Shown: positions 26,283-39,700 of the stretch, one piece after another | How the letters are laid out: the number at the start of each line of letters is the position of its first letter | Numbering within the stretch: position 1 is the first letter of the stretch | NCBI RefSeq assembly: GCF_023055435.1 | Contig: NW_025964362.1 | Coordinates: 1,612,001 to 1,676,000 of the forward strand | From: Haliotis rufescens | Taxonomy: Eukaryota | Direction of reading: 5' to 3' | DNA length: 64,000 bases | Notes under the pieces: generated by a model | Database searches by the model: none | Told to the model about the DNA's origin: nothing | Seen by the model: only the letters and a program-made list of their open reading frames with translations | Position numbers and translations under genes: made by a program

Positions 26283-27688
26283 TGTATCCATACTTGATAC
26301 TTGTTCTGAAGTAATATATTTGAATTCCCTGTATGACGCAGTTATTTAGCTATATAAAGTATTCTACTGCAAGCTGTATTACAAGAAGTAGATTTAGTGT
26401 TCCTTTAAGAACCTTGGTTTGATAATAAATGTTACTATTACCGTTGCGAGAAATTAAGATCATTGAAGGCATTTAGATTACATCAAAATAAACAATCATT
26501 AGCTGGTTATATTCTGTTAAACAGACAAAAACTTCGTGAGGAGAGGAAGATTTATCAGGATAATATTCAATGTAAAATATTGAAGAACTTGTAGATAGTA
26601 AAGATTTTTGGTTCATTGAAACGCCTATCAATAGGTACTGTCAAACATAAACTTAGTATTAGTATGAAGCTAGTTATGAGTACTTTGATTTTACTTGATT
26701 CTGAATCCGAGGAAATTGCAGACGAAGAACATTGTATTGATAATACAATCTCATTAAAATCAGGCGACTACGCTTCGAAACATATTTTGACAAATTCTCG
26801 ATTAAAAATTTGAAACCTGAACAAAAGAACATTCTCGAATAGCTAATAGATGGTCTTGATTCCATTGTAGTCGTTAAGCCCGTAACTATCGTTCGGAATA
26901 CCCCCTGTTAAAGTTTTCGAGGTTTAGAAACTACATTCCGATTAGATTAGAAATCACATTCCGAGTGACGCTTTCATGATCTGGTAAGGGACGCTCTGAT
27001 TGGTCGGATAAAAGGTTGTTCTGACGTGACCCCTAATGGGATGTCCTCAGATCTTTGTTTTGCGCTAGTGCGAACTAAGATATGATTTTAATGAGATTGA
27101 TTGATAGTATAAGTCGGGATGATGTAACACAATCCATCTTAGACTTTCCTATTGAACAAGTCGTTATGACGTCTTAAAACTAGAAAATCAGCGGGTGATG
27201 ATAAGCTAATTGTAGAAATGTTCAATCATTCGTCTGACATTATTGTTCTTTTTTCACATTCCTGATTAACAGTATGTTTGAATCAACTGTTTCCAAATTC
27301 TTGGACAGCTGGTTACATTTCTCATAAAAAAGGGGGAAAAACCAGGTTGCCAGTTAAAATTGCAGAGGTATAACAATATTGAGTGTTTTTAGTAAGCTAA
27401 ATACTCATATTATCAACAAAAGATTACAGTCTTGGAGTCAAAATGTCAGAGTGTCAGGCGGGATGTCGTTGTGGACACTCTTGCGTTGACATTTTGTTTA
27501 CTTTATAGGCTATCATCCAGAGATACCTTTCACAGAAAGTATACTTTATTTGTTGATTTCTCAAAAGCGGTCGGCTCTAATGGATTGTGCTTAAAAATTG
27601 GCATTATGGTGTTTCACGAAAGGTGACTGAACGTTTTGTTTGATAGGTATTCCTTAGAAGTTGACGGATGACAAAGTAGACCCAATTT

Positions 27689-27760
27689 ATGGATAACAAC
27701 TTCTTTAATACTGTTAAGGCGACGTTTCGGTATAAATCCTTATACCGTTGTCAAGCAAGA
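27689..27760 (-). ncRNA. Minimal hammerhead-ribozyme-like motif of Penelope-like element type
   Basis: Minus strand reads TTGACAA-C-GGTATAA-GGAT-TTATACC-GAAAC-GTC, followed by ATTAAAGAAGTTGTTATCCAT. Confidence 0.5.
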
Positions 27761-28273
27761 CTGAATGAGGAACATTGTACAGAATATATGTAGTAGTTGA
27801 GAATTCACAGTTAGGGATTAACAGGTACAACAATTGCATACATGAGTGGGATAACACCAGTAAGTGATGACAACAGAAGGATAAAACTGTAACAACATGA
27901 TAGGCAGAGAATTGATAGGAGGAAGCCAATGGGACACGAAGCCAGTTAAACAGGATATGTTTATAGGTGTAGTGATTATTGCTTAATGAGTCGGCGGATG
28001 GGAAGATCAAGGGGGTTGAAGAATGAAGTCAGCGTAACTTTCTTTGCTGACTCAGTCTCTCATCTTCTCAAACTGTCTTAATTGCCCATGACTTTTGTGA
28101 ATCTTATATGTACGTCATTTTGTACATATACATTCAAATTATTTGTAAATAAATCAATATTCCACCCTAATTGTCTTTCTTTCGTTCGTTTCAAATCCAA
28201 TTCCACGTTTTTACTTGCTCAAGTTGTTAAAATACTCGATACCCATTGTTTAATTAGATCTGCGAATTAAAAT

Positions 28274-28345
28274 ATTCGCAGGACGACGACCTCACTTTTT
28301 GCTAGTTTGTTTTCATACGACACAGGGGGTCGTCGTCCTGCGAAT
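28274..28345. repeat. 72-bp foldback (18-bp perfect inverted repeat), probable mini-MITE
   Basis: ATTCGCAGGACGACGACC ... GGTCGTCGTCCTGCGAAT. Confidence 0.75.
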
Positions 28346-28983
28346 GAACCGATCAAGGCTATTTAATCCCATCCGCCTACTGTAATATTAAGTAATCTCG
28401 GAGTCCGACAAAGGTGCATTTTAAGCCCGTTTCTTTTTAGAGGATTTATTGATATCTAGCAAGAGATATAGAACAGAACTCTGGACCTGGTGTCCAGTTA
28501 CACCCACATGCCATACAGCTTGATATGTGATGATAATGGGGTAGATATCCACTTTATATAGTGGCGTTTAAAAGTTGTATTAAATATTATTGTGAATTGT
28601 TATAAACGCCAGGTTCACGGTATCCAAAACAATGTTTACCCAATGAAATGTTATATCAGGCATTTAACAATGGAAAAAAACAACTTGACATCAAAGATTA
28701 AGTCCCTCCTTAAAATATATATTTATTTGGGAAAACCATAAAGTTGACAGTCAGGAATCGTTCACAGCAGAATTTATTTGTAGATTAAATGTCACCCACC
28801 AACAGGTCTGGCATACTGAGATGTGGGGTAGTTCTCAGATCTTTCATTATTTATTGTTCAAAAATCAAATTTCTTTTGAGCCTTATATCAATAACAACAA
28901 GTAAATTCGGATATGCTATTGCACAGTTCCGTTGTTGCTCACATCAGTTATCTATTGAGACAGATGGGTGTATACCCATACCG

Positions 28984-29100
28984 TGAGTGAGTGAGTGAGT
29001 TCGGTTTAACGCCGCTTTTAACAGTATTCCAGTTATATCGCGGCGTGTCAGCTTAATGTGGGAGGAAAGCCCGAAGTGATGCAGGTCTTAGACGTTTACC
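28984..29100 (-). mobile_element. SINE family 2, 3' part, cut by the assembly gap
   Basis: (TGAG)n followed by the reverse-complement family 2 tail. Confidence 0.85.
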
Positions 29101-29320
29101 NNNNNNNNNNNNNNNNNNNNNNNNNNNNNNNNNNNNNNNNNNNNNNNNNNNNNNNNNNNNNNNNNNNNNNNNNNNNNNNNNNNNNNNNNNNNNNNNNNNN
29201 NNNNNNNNNNNNNNNNNNNNNNNNNNNNNNNNNNNNNNNNNNNNNNNNNNNNNNNNNNNNNNNNNNNNNNNNNNNNNNNNNNNNNNNNNNNNNNNNNNNN
29301 NNNNNNNNNNNNNNNNNNNN
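29101..29320. other. Assembly gap (N-run)
   Basis: Run of n. Confidence 1.
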
Positions 29321-29423
29321 ACCACCCGATCCCGTTAGTCGCCTCTAACGACAAGCAAAGTCGCCTTTTACGGCAAGCATGGGTTGCTGAAGACCTATTT
29401 TACCCCGGATCTTCACGGGTCCC
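29321..29423 (-). mobile_element. SINE family 4, 5' part, cut by the gap
   Basis: Reverse complement of CCCGTGAAGATCCGGGGTA..ATAGGTCTTCAGCAACCCATGCTTG...GGGATCGGGTGG. Confidence 0.8.
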
Positions 29424-29620
29424 CAAACCTTGAGAACAGGTGATCAACGAAAACTAGAGTCGAACAACACTTTTATTATAGATTGCTTCATAAATACTTT
29501 GAGAAAAGTTGTTTGTGAAGAAGCATTATTTGTATCAAACTATATTATGGTAACATATTTAAGAATATTGCCCATTTTAGACTCACCAACATGACATACA
29601 CAGTTATTTCTCAACATTAA

Positions 29621-29971
29621 GTGAGGTGAGGTGAAATTGGGTTTAACGTCGCGACCAAGATTATTGCAATTTACATAGCGACGTGCATGTACGCGTTTGT
29701 GTGGCTGCTTGTACTAGTCCGGACTGATGCCGATTTATAGTGCAAGCATACTGAGATACCATGCCGCAGTTTAACATAAAATACCTCACTCAGACACAGT
29801 ATACTGACTCCGAGCCGACCAGTCCTTGTTTTAGCCCCTTAATGCCGAGCGCCAGACAGGGTAACAACAAGTACCATCTTTTAACGTCTTTTGGTATGAC
29901 GCAGCCGGGGATCGAGCCCCGGACCTTCCGCTCTCCGGGCGGACGCTCTACCTCTAGACCACGGAGGCGGT
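29621..29971 (-). mobile_element. SINE family 3, full length with TSD
   Basis: Reverse complement of 25936-26282, flanked by TCAACATTAAGT direct repeats. Confidence 0.9.
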
Positions 29972-30713
29972 TCAACATTAAGTAAGAACATTTACAGTGT
30001 AGAACAGGAGCTGAAGTGTAGGCAACAATGTGGTTGACTAGTACAGTTTTGCATGATTACATTTCTTGTAATTTCTAAATATAATTTCTAAATTGGTTTT
30101 TATTCAAGAACATTTATTAATAATGTGATATTGTGATGCTGTGAGAGGGATACAGTCATTTAATATAAAACTTCCCTGTTTACTTTCAAATGTTTGTTTT
30201 CTTATGGCATTATCTGATATTTTTCATTTCTTTCTTCTAGATACTTATCTTATGTTTAATTGTCATTGGAAACTTTAATGAGAATATGTGATAATTACAG
30301 ATTGTTTCTAAATAGTTCATAACAATAGTAACTGAAAAGAAATTACCATCCCTTTTGTCTCATACATGTCATGTCATGTCGACATACAAAGAGGCATATT
30401 CATATGCTGACAGAATGTCTGTAATGTATGTATGAGGTAATACATTTTGATGCAAATGTGAAAAAAAAGAGTTAAACCTTGACATTAAATGCCTTCGTTT
30501 AACTACATTGGAATTTATAGGTGGCATCCATGGAATGTTGATATGTCACTCTCTGTACCAGGAAACAAATGTCTGGACGAGAAAACATTTAAGCTATGAT
30601 CTAGAGTACTTAGGCATCACATGACCAAGTCTCTACACCGGATGTGTTGTAATAATATAACAGATAATACTTCTCAACTGTGATGTTATTCCCCATACTC
30701 TATAATTATATTT

Positions 30714-33700
30714 TTAACAGCAGCAGCATAGTCTCTTGCAACGGCTTGTTTTATCCTCCTTTGGTGGAACTTGCGAACGTGTAAATGAAAGGAACACTTG
30801 TTCAAGGGTAGTTTGGTGAACTGAATAGTCCTCGACAGAGAACTGCGCCTTGGATTGTTCCATCACCGTGAAGACCTGGGCGAGACTGACGGCGTTGTAA
30901 GGAACTTGGAAGTGAACATAGCCCTGGTGGTCGTCGAACACCTTGGTTTCAGGAAAGGTTGCTGTGATGAAGTTCACCAGAGGTTCAGTTAAAGCGGGAG
31001 CCCTTTCTTCTGATACTCCTGTTTCAACTGTTTTCATCCTAGCTATCAGCGTGTAGCCCTGGCCGAATTTGGTCTTCAAATGTTGTGGTGTTCCAAGACA
31101 CACAAATCTTCCATTCACCATGATGGCAATTCTTGTACAAAGAGCGTCACATTCTTCCATGCTGAAAGGTCAGGAACCCATGTTAATTGCAGGGTAACTT
31201 TTAAGGTCTACAGCAACTTTACATCAATTAAAACCTTTTTCACTAACCTGTGAGACGTGAGCACGAGGGTCCTACCACGTTCCCGGACCTTTGACAGGAC
31301 GTTCCAGAGCTGCCTCCTGGCCTTGGGGTCCATCCCTGTGGACGGCTCATCCAGCATGATGAAGGCCGGGTCTCCAACCAGAGCGATAGCGGTGCTCAGC
31401 TTACGCTTGTTGCCTCCACTGTATCAAACAACGTTTGTTATATCATAAGGTAGCAAGTTAAGAAATAAAAGAATTTCAACATGTTTGGCTTGAGTATGAT
31501 CTCATAAATTATTACAAAGTGTTTCGGAAGTGTTTGTTCACAAGACTCAAGTGATGATTGGATATATACATAATGTGTTTGAATGCAATCAACCTGTACT
31601 CCGATGTTGGTTTGTCTGAATACTGCCTGAGCATCATGATATTCAGCAGGTTGTCACAGACGGCTTTGATGCAGCTCTCCGGCACTCCCTTGAGTCTGGC
31701 GTACATGGTGAGAGTCTCTCTTCCTGTCATCTGGTCAATCAGAGCATCAAACTGGGGACAGTAGCCCATGTTCTCCTGCACCTGTCATCAATAAGAGAAA
31801 CATATGTAGCAGATTCTTTGCCCGAATGTAAAAAGTGAACATATAATTTAGTCAGAAGTATACCATCATGTATACTAAAAATGTATCTTATGAAGTGTGC
31901 AAACTTTTGAGTTCGATTCTTGAATACTTTCAAAATGCTGCCGCAAGAAAACATTTTAATGAGTGGATTGGCAATTTTGATTACAGGCATCGGTGATATA
32001 GCTGGTCTGATGCTGACAGCGTCATAAAGCACAATTCACTAATGGTATATACTGCAGTATGAACATAGAATCTCATCCTCGTGTCAAACGAGATCAAACA
32101 TATCGACATTGAGTTGTCATATGTTACAATGTATCAACGAGTCTTGATATATCTGAGCTTGGTAGACATGAGGGTGAGATTCTAGTTATTATCTAAAATC
32201 ATTCCTCCATCCCTTGTCTGTTTGTAAACATCAATAACGAGTGTCGTGCGTGTAAATAATACAAAGTCAGTGGCAGATTTATTAGTGGTGTCATTAACGT
32301 CACAATGGCATGCAAAACACTGAGAACATTGTTACCTTTTGTGTATGATTCTTGATGTCATAAGACTGCAAGAAAACATTTCCATGTGTCAGCATTACAT
32401 CTCCAGTAATCATTTTAAATGTGGTTGTCTTTCCTGCACCGTTTTGTCCAAGGAGACCAAAACACTCCTTCTCTGGTATGCCCACACTCAGATGATCAAC
32501 AGCAACGAAGTTCCCGTATCGTTTGTAAACGTCCTTCAGGACCAGTGCATCTGAGTTCCCGATTCCAATGGGTAATTCATCAATGCGTTGCCTCTCACTG
32601 AGAACATCTCCATCCTCTGGAACGTGTTGAATTGGACTGAAGAACGATGCACCGGGTTGTGGTTCTTCCGTTTCCTGTGGTCTGAAGGCATACCAGATTC
32701 TCTGCGGTATCTGATACTCAATGAACAGTGTCACAGACATATAAACCACTGCCTGGAACAGCATGAAGACAACATAGCGTCCGACTCCCGGAGAGTCCCA
32801 ATCGAGGAAGTTTTCAGTAAATTCATAGCAATAGTCACCACACGTTCCTGCAAAAACAACAACAACTATTCTGTATGTTCCATATTGCGCAGACAGTACA
32901 CTCTGACATTTTAAACATTTGTTATTTACAAAATGTAGGCCTCTATCACCAGGGCCTGATAGAAATTATAGCTTGTGAATAGGTAAAACATTATTGGCGC
33001 TTTCCGATAATCTGTATTAAGCCCTTTCTTAATTACACTTTTATCTGTATTTCTGCCTAGCAAGCACCTCACTCACCAAATTATCCTCGTCTGTTAAAAG
33101 AGTAAAAATGCCAATGCAGCAGTAAATTGTAACTCACTTTCTAAATCTTGCATATCAAATATGGAATGACTATATTAACCCACCGTTGTGTATGCAACAT
33201 GGATTACTTGGCGATGTCACACAAAGGAAAGTGTAGTTTTGCTTGGTGCAACTATCCAGGTACAAATAGTTGCTGTACATGTCCATGTAGGACTTGCCAA
33301 AGTTGTAGTGAGGAAATATCAGTAGAAACACCCAGTCTGCAGTATCAGCTTCTGCTTTCTTTTCCACTATGGTCAGCATGAATACTGTCAAAAGTGTTGC
33401 CAAGCCTGTTGAAAACAAAATGATAGAGACATGAATAAACATAACGCCCACAGATCTAAAAAAAGACCGTTTGATACAGTCGAGACGTTTGGTTTCTTTG
33501 AAGCAACATAAGATTATACTTAAAGCCTAGTGCTAATGCACTACATGTTTTGTAAGGGCAACATTTCTTTACGGTTTCTATACAATATAATAACATGTTT
33601 ACCTGTGATGATATTCAAGATGATGATGACAACCATTCCGGTAGGAGGGGACTTGAACATATTCTGAAGAGCATACATGAAGGGCAGAACTGCCAAACCA

Positions 33701-36700
33701 TACACAAGCAGGATGAGGAACACGATGCCTAATCTCCCATCTTCTGTATATGCTGGCGACTGGAATCCTGCAAACACAACCAGCAGCAACAGGGATGGAA
33801 TCAGGTAGTTGATGTAGTCCCAGACAAAGTTGGACAACCAGAAGACAAATGGTCCAACTCCACTAACAATCTGAAGATGTTTGGCGCCAACCAGTCTCTC
33901 CTTGATGAGGAAGTACACGAAGGATGAAGTTAGGAAGGCCATACCAAACAGGAGACAAAAAGCAATAGAAAAGCCAAGTGTAGTTGCAAGTCCCTCTATG
34001 TCATCCGATGATCTCTTTGCATCAAAAGGAAGTGGGTTGTTGATTGTGGTGATCGAATGATCCTGAGATGTAAAATGTTTGAGTATTGCATTCATCATGA
34101 AAGACAAAGCTATGGGTTGACCATGGTAAGGCTGGCTATTAAAAAAACCAATTACGCCTTGGCTAGATTTAAACTGTGCTCCGATGATCATTTTCTTGTT
34201 GTATCCACCGATGCCAAGGTCTCTTGCTCTTGCTAAGAAATAATTTGTTACATTGTGATACTTTGACAGATCAACTTTCTCGACTTTGTTGACAGTTCCC
34301 CTGAACTGATCACTGTATGCCTTGGCATACTCCTGTGGCAGCGATCCCAGGTCTCCTGTCGTTGGACCATCAAGATATGGGACAAATGTTCCTTTGAATG
34401 GTTTCAAGTCCAGAGTCAGTGGAACGTCAGCCTCTCTTCCAAAATTTATCTGGCCGACAACCAGAGCAACAATAGTAAATATGACAGGCAACAGAAGCTG
34501 GACAATGGTGATGGTCCTATTCCTCCATGTGTGAAGAGCCTTCTTCACAAACATTCCTCTGAAGCGAGACAGCTCCAACATTACACCTTTGGTTTTGATG
34601 AACCCCTCATTGAATTCTGGACCAACAAAAAATATTACATGCGAGTGATTATTTATCGTATTCAGGGGAGACAACTATTTAATAGAATGTTCATAGGGTG
34701 ATGGAAATGTTCTGAAATGTGCATTATATGTATTATTGATCACAACATGTAAGTTACTGCGTCATTTACCTATGCATTTGGTTTTCATAATTGAATTTTC
34801 ATCCCACGTAAGCCTCATTCAATCAGCTGTTAATCATTCTCTTCATTAGAAAAACAATAAAACACGAATTAAAGCTAGATCCATTATCTATGAAGGGATA
34901 TTTTGTGAAGTAAAATTTACCTTCATTGCAAAGTCTCGTGTAGTCGCAACATCATAAATTGTATGAAGTATGGATTCAAAAATTCCACAATGCCTGCCAC
35001 ATTGTTCCCAGGTGTATTTGTTAAAAAAAACCCTGTATGCTCAAAGATTAAAAAGAATATCTGATTTTGTAGCTGCAGATGAAAATAAATCTAATCTCGA
35101 TATGAAATCACAGCCCCTTCCCATCATCCCCACCCCAATTTGATATCCCCCAAGGACCCCCCCCCCCCCCCCCCTCGAATATCTAATGGTCCTTCCATTA
35201 ATATTTGTAAGAGACGACTAACGTGATCGGGTGGTCAGGCTCACTGACTTGGGTGATTGTGGATCTATGCTAATGCTATCAATCACCGGATTGTCTGTTC
35301 CGGACTCGATTATTTACAGACCTCCGTCATATAGCTGGAATATTGACATGCGACAGTGTATATTTATATACCTAAAATTCCCGCCAACCCTGTAGCTTGA
35401 TGATTGTAGCCGCCGTTACATAACAAGTTGTCTGTGGATCCCACTGAGTCGTTGTCATAACCTTGCTCTTCAACTTGCTCCTCTTCACCAGCCCTATCAA
35501 AGAGGAAAATTCAGTGAAATATTTTCCATACTGAGCTAATTTAAATTAAAGCTTGTATTTATACATGTCTTTGTATACTAATAAAATATAAGTTTTTAAG
35601 ACACATAACCTCTGCTGTTATGTATGACATAAATATTCATATCCATTACAGTGAAGAGCAAAAATAATATGACAGGTGATCCTTCCTTTTTTTCCCAAGA
35701 ATATGCCCATAGTTAATAATGATGGTAGGATATTTGCAATGTGTTATTTAGTTTATTGAGTTTTACCCTACTTGGTTGAACGCTGATCGTCCTGTCAACG
35801 ACAGGTCTGACCGACACTATTATTTACATATTTACTATTTAAAATAACATAGGCAGACAAAAGCTGACTGCAGCCTTAAACAAAATTCACTTGGTCACTT
35901 ACTTTAGAAACACCTCTTCCATGGTTGTGGCGGATGTACCGAAACTGGTAATACCCAGTTCCTTTGCCCGACTTTCAATTTCTGTGAAGAGAGCAGCAAA
36001 TTTGGCTGACTGGTCATCAGGCAGCAGGTAGGAGAGTTCAGCATTGATCTCACTCTCCATGACTGCTGTAGGGACGTGTTGCTGGACAACTGCCGTCACT
36101 GATGCCACCTGACAGGTGGGTTCCTTCACCATCACCAGGTGGTAGCCAGCTCCTGAAACGACGGAATGACACCTTAGAAAGTTTGTTTTTCTGCAGCGCT
36201 GGGAAACACGTGGTAGTATATTACAAACACGTCATAAGTAAAATAATTCTATGTTCTATCACAAACGTAACCCGACATAACGTTATAACAACTGTACAGA
36301 CGGTGTGTTTTTTCAAGTACTGATACATGTTGCAGGTAGGTCAGGTTACATTTTGTATAAGCTGTCATGAATAATGTGCAAAGTTTTTTGGAACATCACA
36401 TGCCATAGAGTTTCTTCAGGAAGTACGATGTCCCACAGCACTTGACCACCCCTTCTGCCATGATGGCGATGCGGTCGCCGAGAACGTCAGCTTCGTCCAT
36501 GAAGTGAGTGGTCAGCAGCATTGTCCGGCCCTGTCTGTTCCTCTGGAAGATGTCCCATGTCTGTCTCCTGGCTGCAGGATCCATACCGGAAGTAGGCTCG
36601 TCTAAGATCACGATCTATAATCATATATCATACACAATAAATAATTTGGTACAAAGACAAATGCGTTTACACAGGAAGCTTTGCGTGTGCTTTTGATGAC

Positions 36701-39700
36701 ATACCTTCGAGCCTCCAATCAGAGCAATGCCAACAGAAAGCTTCCTCTTCTGCCCTCCAGATAGATGCTGAGACTGGGTGCGTTTCTTTAAACTCAGGCC
36801 AACTTCATTGATGGTAGTGTCAACTTCGGTTTTAACATCGGTACTTGGACAACCTTTCAACTATAAAAAAGATTGTGCAATAAATGTTGACTGTTGACTT
36901 GGATGTCTCGTTTACACAATAATACCTCTTCTACGAACAAAATCTCGTTCGTTCAATCATAATGTATGTCTATTCTAAGGATAAAAGTAAATGCACTGTG
37001 CTGACATTCTGCCAATATAATTTAATCATGTCTAACCAGCACTTAAAAAAACACCAAGTTTGAAATATTCAACCAACCAAAAAACTTTCAACATTCATCA
37101 GTTATCTTTCCACGAGAATGAATACGATCTCTTATATCTTTAACGGTACATGTTCAATTTTCATATAAATAGTACTGAACATAACGGACCTTGTATTTTG
37201 AAAATACCTCACATGTCATACCCCGACAGAAAACAGTTTAAACTTACACAGGCAAAGAACTCGAGATGTTCCTGAACGGTCAGACTGTCAAACAGGATGT
37301 TGTGTTGAGGACAGAGACCTAGACTCTGTCGGACACTCTGGATGTCGTTGTTAATGTCGTAACCGTTCACAATGGCGGTGCCTCCAGAAGCAGGTATAAA
37401 ACCTTCAAATTATAAAAGTGTCACTTTGTTTCTTATTCCAGTTAAGAAATGAGGATGCACCAAGTGATGCCTAATACGAATGCGGAATGGTAATGGTTTG
37501 GATTGATTACCAAATAATACTATATTTAACCTTCCTGTCAGATTACATGGACAGGTTTTGTGTACATTTCACGCAATATAAAGTATCCATACCAGCGTGA
37601 AATCACAGACGACATAAACACAATTTTATAAGATATTAAATTCACACGAGGTCACAAGGAATGTAAGTATTATCTGAAATTTCAAGACATAATTTCTTGA
37701 CAGCAAAATCAATGTTCCATTATTACCTGAAACAACTGATATGTTTTAAAAAAAAATCCACTGAACTCAATATAAAATACAAGTACAAACACAAACACGG
37801 ATAACAGGCGCACAGCTACAAGAACTAAAACAAGACCAGCTATTTAAACAACGAGTTAGAGATTGTAATTTTCAAGATTAGCAGTAATCAATGGTCTCGA
37901 ACCCCTCTTTATGATTTTATACACAATTTAAATCACGTTTTCGACGTGGGAACTATAATAATATTTCTAAGTATAGAACTGCATTATTAAAACTTAAATT
38001 GGTAATAATATACTTGGTGTCCTGAAATACGTAAGAAATACTTCTCTGATAATTTAGATGATTGAGTCCATTATGTAATTTGCTTAAAAATGAAGGGCGC
38101 AGAATCTTCAGTTGTCCTCTAAATAAGTAAATATTTGTAAACATATTTTTAAACCGTGACATGAGATGAATTTGAACATTGCAACATATGCTTATCATTT
38201 ATTTCAAATAAGAAATCACCTGTGAGCTTAATATACTCAAGGCCCGGGTAGAATAGGTCTTCAGTAACCCCCCATGCTTGCCGTAAAAGGCAACTATGCT
38301 TGTCGTAAGAGTCGACTAGTGGTCAGGCTCGCTGACTTGGTTAATGCATGTCATCGTATTCCAATGGCGTGGATTGATGCTCATGATATCAATCACTAGA
38401 TTGTCTGGTGTAGATTATTTACAGACCGCCGTCATATAGCTGGATTGCGGCGTTAAACAACAAACGGACAAAAGAGATATCAAGTGAACATTTATATTTA
38501 CAACAGTTGATTTGTGTAAAACAATTATCTTCACACAAACGTAATAGCTGTATCATTGCTAAGTGTGGCGTTAAATAACGAACAAACCAATCTTATCTTA
38601 CCATGTGTGCTGCTAATGGTCTGCGTTGTTGTGAGTCATGTGACCTTCAACATGTATGTACTTTGGGTCTTTTGGCCTTTATGACAATATATCCTTGAAT
38701 TCTAAAAGAATCCTAAATATGAAAGGGTCAGCCCGTTATCCCACAAAATACCTTAATATACAAAAACCCTACTCAATTGAGTGTGTGATGAATCTGTTGC
38801 TAGCAGTGTTGAATGTATTTCATATACCACTGTGTAACTTTGCTACATAGCACAATGAACAAGTTTCTTTAATGTACCTGTCAGAACAGACATGGTTGTA
38901 GTTTTTCCAGCGCCGTTGTGACCCAGGAGAACAGAGATCTGACCCTCGAACATGTTGAGACTCATCCCGTCCACAGCTACCTTTTGCTTAGACCCGGAGC
39001 CGAAAACCTTCCAGGAAATATATCATATAAATGTAAAACAGTTCAAGACATCAAAGTAACAGAGCAGGTGCATATCAATCAACATGATGGTTGGTGGTTA
39101 CTTAGCAACGGTAAAACACATGAAAAATAGTGAGTGCGTGTGTGAGTGTGTTTTTATGCCGCTTCAACACCATTGCAGCAATACGGCGACGGGGGAAGAC
39201 CAGAAATAGGCTTCAGACATCGTACCCATGTAGGGAAAGGAATCTGGGTCTTCGGCGTTACGAGCAAAGCTTTAACTACTACACAATCGCCCACATAGGA
39301 TAGGTGGGGTGGTATATGATGAATGTGTTTCCGGTGTACATCGAATACATGTTCAGTCTTGAAAATTGTAATATTAATATCACAAGAACAAATGTTATCA
39401 ATCCGTACGACCTTTCACCGTCCTTTTTATACATACCTTTTTTAGGTTATTGATAGATATTCCAGTGGTCAATCCACTTGGTTCCTTCTCAAAGTGCTTC
39501 TCATCCCAATGTCCAACAGTCGAATAATCATCTTTTATCTGCTTTGTTCCACACCAGTATGTTCTCTGGTTCAACAAATAATATTTGAATATACAATATA
39601 CTACGTTTATAACGAACACTCTTATAACGAATTGACCGATATAACGAACTTAGTTTTCAGTCAGGCCATTTGTTGAATATAATCTGTATATATGCTTATA

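Larger units (their letters stand above)
23940..29600 (+). mobile_element. Highly decayed CR1/L2-group LINE filling the spacer between the ABCA genes, interrupted by younger insertions
   Basis: Collinear relic motifs: LLSRDIELSPGP (~23966), APE GDFNGRTG (~25590), RT LFVDFSKA (~27546), G.RQ.CILSPFLF (~28400), and C-terminal AQFRCCSHQLSIET (~28921). Confidence 0.75.
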
